The notes under the pieces: generated by a model
The model's database searches: none
What the model was told of the DNA's origin: nothing
The model's input: only the letters and a program-made list of their open reading frames with translations
Origin: an uncultured Gammaproteobacteria bacterium
GTDB lineage: Bacteria; Patescibacteriota; Patescibacteriia; UBA2591; UBA6264
DNA length: 8,575 nucleotides
Direction: 5' to 3'
Assembly (NCBI GenBank): GCA_964617525.1
Contig: CAZTWG010000001.1
Span: 25,683-34,257, forward strand
Shown here: piece by piece, positions 5,856 to 8,575 of the stretch
How positions within the stretch are numbered: position 1 is the first letter of the stretch
Layout: every line of letters starts with the position of its first letter
Program-made: the position numbers and the translations under genes

Positions 5856-7016
5856 CTAACGGGGGTCATATTTTATTTTTATTTTTATTTTATTCTTTTC
5901 TTCTGGGATTTTTTTCAAGAAGAAGGAAGGCCAAAATTTAATTTTTACTTCTTGGATTTCGGGAAATTGATTAAAATATTCATAAATCTCTTCTTCACTC
6001 ATCCCAGATAACATTTCTTTATTTAAAATTTCACTTTCAAGATTTAAAATCATATAACCGCGTAGCTGAACCTCTAGATTAGCTCTTTTTTCTTCTAGAT
6101 TATATTCTGTCAAACGATATGACAAGCTTTTAGGCTCATAGCCGGCTAATTGCTTCCCTGTTGTTATTTTTTTATTTAATGATTCTATGGCTAGATTCAA
6201 TAGTTCTTTCTCATTGAAACTTACTGCTTGCATTTTAATTTTAGTTGATACTGTGAATTCACCCCTTTCATCTCCAACCTGAGCGTTTACTTTTTCTTCT
6301 ATAATATCAGATTTTAAAGATATTTTGGAATCTGAGTCGGGAGTTAATTCTTGTTTTATCTTTTCTAAACCTTGAGTATGTAATCTATCTTGAATTTCTT
6401 TTTTAGCTTGGTCCAAATCAGTTTGCATGATAACGCCTGTCTTTCTAAGACCTCCAGTCATGGGCTCTTTGCTCTCGGCTGATATATTTTCTTTCAAGTT
6501 AGCGCTACGTAAATTAGGGATAGTAAATGTGCAGGGGTCAATATCATATTCTGCTCCCATCTTATCAGCTCTGACCAAGACATCAGTTTCCCCCCTAGCA
6601 GGAATTTTTATTCTGTTAATGGCTCTAAAAATTAATCCTTTAGGAGATGCGAAACGAGTGCTAGGAACAAAAGTAATTGTATTCCAAGTATTATTAGAAA
6701 GAGTTATTGTCCCTTCAGCATAATCTTCCATTGATACACTTGCTTGTGGAGAAAAGCTGGCTTCTTCTTCTTCTATGATTTCTGTAAATTTTCCAGCTAA
6801 AATTTCAGGATTAGTGATTGATTCTTCATCGTTTAGATTTTCTTTTATTTGAATTGTAAAATTAGTATCTATTTCTTGAGCCTTAGGAGTGATTAAAATT
6901 TCAGCCCCATAAAGAAGATTAAAAAATCCAAAGATTATTCCAATTATAATTAGAATAGTTAATGCTAAAAATAAATAGCCAATTTTTTCATGGGGAGAAA
7001 TGTAAACTTTAGGCAT
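5856..7016 (-). CDS. Hypothetical protein with one N-terminal transmembrane anchor and a large extracytoplasmic region; tentatively baseplate-J/gp47-like
   Basis: 386-aa ORF, ATG 7016-7014, TAG 5858-5856. One hydrophobic helix (IGYLFLALTILIIIGIIFGFFNLLYG) is followed by AEILITPKAQEIDTNFTIQI. The central segment AEGTITLSNNT..ITFVPSTRFASPKGLIFRAINRIKIPARGETDVLVRADKMGAEYDI...MTGG resembles, from memory only, proteins annotated as baseplate J/gp47 family in candidate-phyla genomes. No catalytic motif recognised. Confidence 0.8.
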   Translation of the reverse strand: MPKVYISPHEKIGYLFLALTILIIIGIIFGFFNLLYGAEILITPKAQEIDTNFTIQIKENLNDEESITNPEILAGKFTEIIEEEEASFSPQASVSMEDYAEGTITLSNNTWNTITFVPSTRFASPKGLIFRAINRIKIPARGETDVLVRADKMGAEYDIDPCTFTIPNLRSANLKENISAESKEPMTGGLRKTGVIMQTDLDQAKKEIQDRLHTQGLEKIKQELTPDSDSKISLKSDIIEEKVNAQVGDERGEFTVSTKIKMQAVSFNEKELLNLAIESLNKKITTGKQLAGYEPKSLSYRLTEYNLEEKRANLEVQLRGYMILNLESEILNKEMLSGMSEEEIYEYFNQFPEIQEVKIKFWPSFFLKKIPEEKNKIKIKIKYDPR

Positions 7017-7031
7017 ATGTGTTAATTAATT

Positions 7032-7129
7032 CAAATAACCAAGATGCAAACAGTAATCAATGACCAAATAACCAAACGATTCTTCGTTTGAATATTGGAA
7101 TTTGTTTGGTTATTGTTTCTTAGTTATTG
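7032..7129 (-). repeat. Nested direct and inverted repeat array (AATAACCAA / TTGGTTATT) in the dnaE 3' / unknown-gene 5' spacer; possible dnaE terminator
   Basis: caaataaccaa occurs at 7032-7042 and 7065-7075 (direct repeat, 33 nt apart). Inverted copies are gtttggttatt at 7104-7114 and cttagttatt at 7119-7128. An inner hairpin is caaacg (7073-7078) / attctt / cgtttg (7085-7090). The outer pair 7034-7043 with 7119-7128 is fully paired only on the minus-strand RNA, where one position is G-U. On that strand the inner hairpin is followed by GUUAUUUGGU. Confidence 0.45.
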
Positions 7130-7163
7130 TATCTTTTGTTTTATATTTTAATATTATACCATT

Positions 7164-8575
7164 TTATTTTTTTTTCAGCAATAAATCGTCTAGCACTTCC
7201 TTTTTTACTTCTTTTACTTTTTTTGCAATAATTTTTAAAGATTGATCTTTATGATAAATTTTACCTGTGACTGAAACGGTTTTATTTTCTTCCCAAACTT
7301 CAGGATTAGCTTTTAATATTTTAGGGAAAACTATAATCTCAATTTCTCCTGATGGGTCTTCTATCTTAACAAATGCCATAACTTCTTTACTAGAGGTAAG
7401 AATTTTTTTTATTTTAGTAACAATACCAACTACTTTTATTTCTGACCGATATCTATGAGACTGGACCTCACCAATTGGTTTAGCATATTTTTTTAATATT
7501 TCCTCGTATTCTTTAAGAGGGTGTTCAGATACAAATAGCCCCAGTAGTTCTCTTTCCCAAATAAGTTTTTGTTGTCTTTTGGCTGGTTCAGCTTTTTTTA
7601 AAGTTAAGCCATTAGCTTTTGTAGTATTTGGAATCATGGCGAAAAGTGTAGTTTGTCCATTTTTTTTGTCTTTTTCTCTCTTGTGAGCAAATTCTAAAAG
7701 AGTTTCTATATTTTCTAACATTTGATTGCGTTCCTCTATATGATCGAGAGCTCCACACTTGATTAAGCTTTCTAATGATTTTTTATTTAAATCCTTAGAT
7801 TGAATACGAGTTAAAAAATTTTCTAAATTTTGAAAACTTCCATTACTCTTACGCTCTGCAATGATTGTTTCTGATATTCCTCTTCCTACATTTTTAATGG
7901 CCAATAGACCAAATCTAATTTTGTTTTTTTTAACCACAGTAAAATCCTTAAAGCTTTCATTTATGTCTGGAGGTAAAATTTCAATACCCATCTCCTTGGC
8001 AGCCTTGATTTCAATTGCAATTTTATCTATATTGTTTTGGTCTGAGCAGAATAGAGCTGCCACAAATTCAGTAGTATAATGTGCTTTTAGGTAAGCAGTT
8101 TGATAAGCAATAATTGCGTAACAAGCAGCGTGGCTACGATTAAATCCATATTGAGCAAATGGCTCGATAAAAGCGAAGACCTTTTGTGCAGTTTCTTTTG
8201 AAATTTTATTTTTAATACATCCATCGATAAATTTTTCTCTTTGTTTTTGCAATAATTTTGCAATTTTTTTTCCTACAGCTTTGCGCAAAACATCAGCTTC
8301 AGAAAGAGTAAATCCGGCTAAGTCTCGTACAATTTGTAATATTTGTTCTTGATAAATAGCGACTCCGTATGTTTTCTCTAGAATTGGTTTTAATTTGGGA
8401 TGTAAATATTTTATTTCTTTTAAACCATGCTTTCTGTCGATATAATCGGGGATTAATTCCATAGGCCCTGGTCGATAAAGCGCTACCATAGCGATAATAT
8501 CTTCTAAAGAATTTGGTTTTAATTTTTTGAGATATTTTCGCATACCTTGCGACTCTAATTGAAAAACCCCTTGTG
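7164..8575 (-). CDS. dnaE: DNA polymerase III alpha subunit, C-terminal portion (N-terminus lies outside the window)
   Basis: The reading frame stays open upstream of the track's Met to the window edge (…QGVFQLESQGMRKYLKKLKP…). Motifs present: GVFQLES.GM, ALYRPGPM, IYQEQ and FNRSHAACYA, an HhH-like LLAIKNVG, and a C-terminal OB-fold segment (IKVVGIVTKIKKILTSSKEVMAFVKIEDPSGEIEIIVFP). TAA stop at 7164-7166. Confidence 0.95.
   Translation of the reverse strand, partial: QGVFQLESQGMRKYLKKLKPNSLEDIIAMVALYRPGPMELIPDYIDRKHGLKEIKYLHPKLKPILEKTYGVAIYQEQILQIVRDLAGFTLSEADVLRKAVGKKIAKLLQKQREKFIDGCIKNKISKETAQKVFAFIEPFAQYGFNRSHAACYAIIAYQTAYLKAHYTTEFVAALFCSDQNNIDKIAIEIKAAKEMGIEILPPDINESFKDFTVVKKNKIRFGLLAIKNVGRGISETIIAERKSNGSFQNLENFLTRIQSKDLNKKSLESLIKCGALDHIEERNQMLENIETLLEFAHKREKDKKNGQTTLFAMIPNTTKANGLTLKKAEPAKRQQKLIWERELLGLFVSEHPLKEYEEILKKYAKPIGEVQSHRYRSEIKVVGIVTKIKKILTSSKEVMAFVKIEDPSGEIEIIVFPKILKANPEVWEENKTVSVTGKIYHKDQSLKIIAKKVKEVKKEVLDDLLLKKK

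Larger units (their letters stand above)
5581..5865. repeat. Five copies, in alternating orientation, of a 12-16 nt motif (minus-strand sense AAAAUUUCUAACGGGG / CCCCGUUAGAAA)
   Basis: Plus-strand copies: a 5581-5596 ccccgttagaaatttt; e 5738-5752 ccccatagaaatttt; b 5763-5778 aaaatttctaacgagg; c 5783-5795 ccccgttagaaag; d 5852-5865 ctttctaacggggg. Copies d and c are exact 13-nt reverse complements. Copies b and a are 15/16 reverse complements, and the one mismatch is a G-U pair on the minus-strand RNA. A partial sixth copy, cgttagggg, lies at 5670-5678. Confidence 0.75.

Noticed and set aside
5868-5894. Imperfect ATTTT/ATTTTT tandem run at the 3' end of the 386-aa gene (encodes NKIKIKIKY)
   Set aside because: It is short, imperfect, low-complexity AT sequence that stays in frame. 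I see no evidence for a phase-variation tract, and its length is too small to support such a claim.
2550-8079. Seven short plus-strand ORFs from the track (2550-2768, 4154-4345, 4574-4789, 5802-6011, 6427-6723, 7267-7458, 7861-8079)
   Set aside because: Each lies antisense inside a long, motif-supported minus-strand gene. Their F/I/L/N-rich composition is what AT-rich antisense frames produce. None contains a recognisable motif.
1-8575. Search for CRISPR repeats, transposase or integrase genes, tRNA/rRNA genes, toxin-antitoxin pairs or defence-system cassettes
   Set aside because: No regularly spaced direct repeats, no T-loop-like GTTCRANYC tRNA signatures, and no unassigned multi-gene block were found. 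Apart from one 386-aa unknown, every long ORF is a recognisable housekeeping gene.

Overview
AT-rich, tightly packed bacterial housekeeping locus in the standard genetic code (all seven genes end in TAA or TAG). Gene order: gatB 3' end (+), miaA (-), PrsW-family intramembrane protease (+), miaB (-), thrS (-), a 386-aa N-terminally membrane-anchored protein of unknown function (-), and the C-terminal ~470 codons of dnaE (-, runs off the right edge). The compact layout, absent Shine-Dalgarno motifs, a ThrRS without its TGS domain and the orphan membrane protein suggest a small-genome lineage such as Patescibacteria/CPR, but that is inference only. I see no mobile element, CRISPR array, tRNA/rRNA gene or recognisable defence or secondary-metabolite cassette, so I do not claim a novel multi-gene system. 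The most unusual signal is at the RNA level, in the 256-nt spacer upstream of thrS. A strong minus-strand intrinsic terminator (12-bp stem, UGAG loop, U-tract) has each arm duplicated elsewhere: once across the stop codon of the upstream gene, and once directly after the thrS AUG. A fifth degenerate copy lies in between. Together they form a chain of mutually exclusive helices that looks like an attenuator or translational-sequestration switch. Secondary items are a nested repeat array between dnaE and the unknown gene, two long spacers with orphan terminator-like hairpins, a 54-bp convergent gene overlap, and a 24-bp divergent start-to-start gap.
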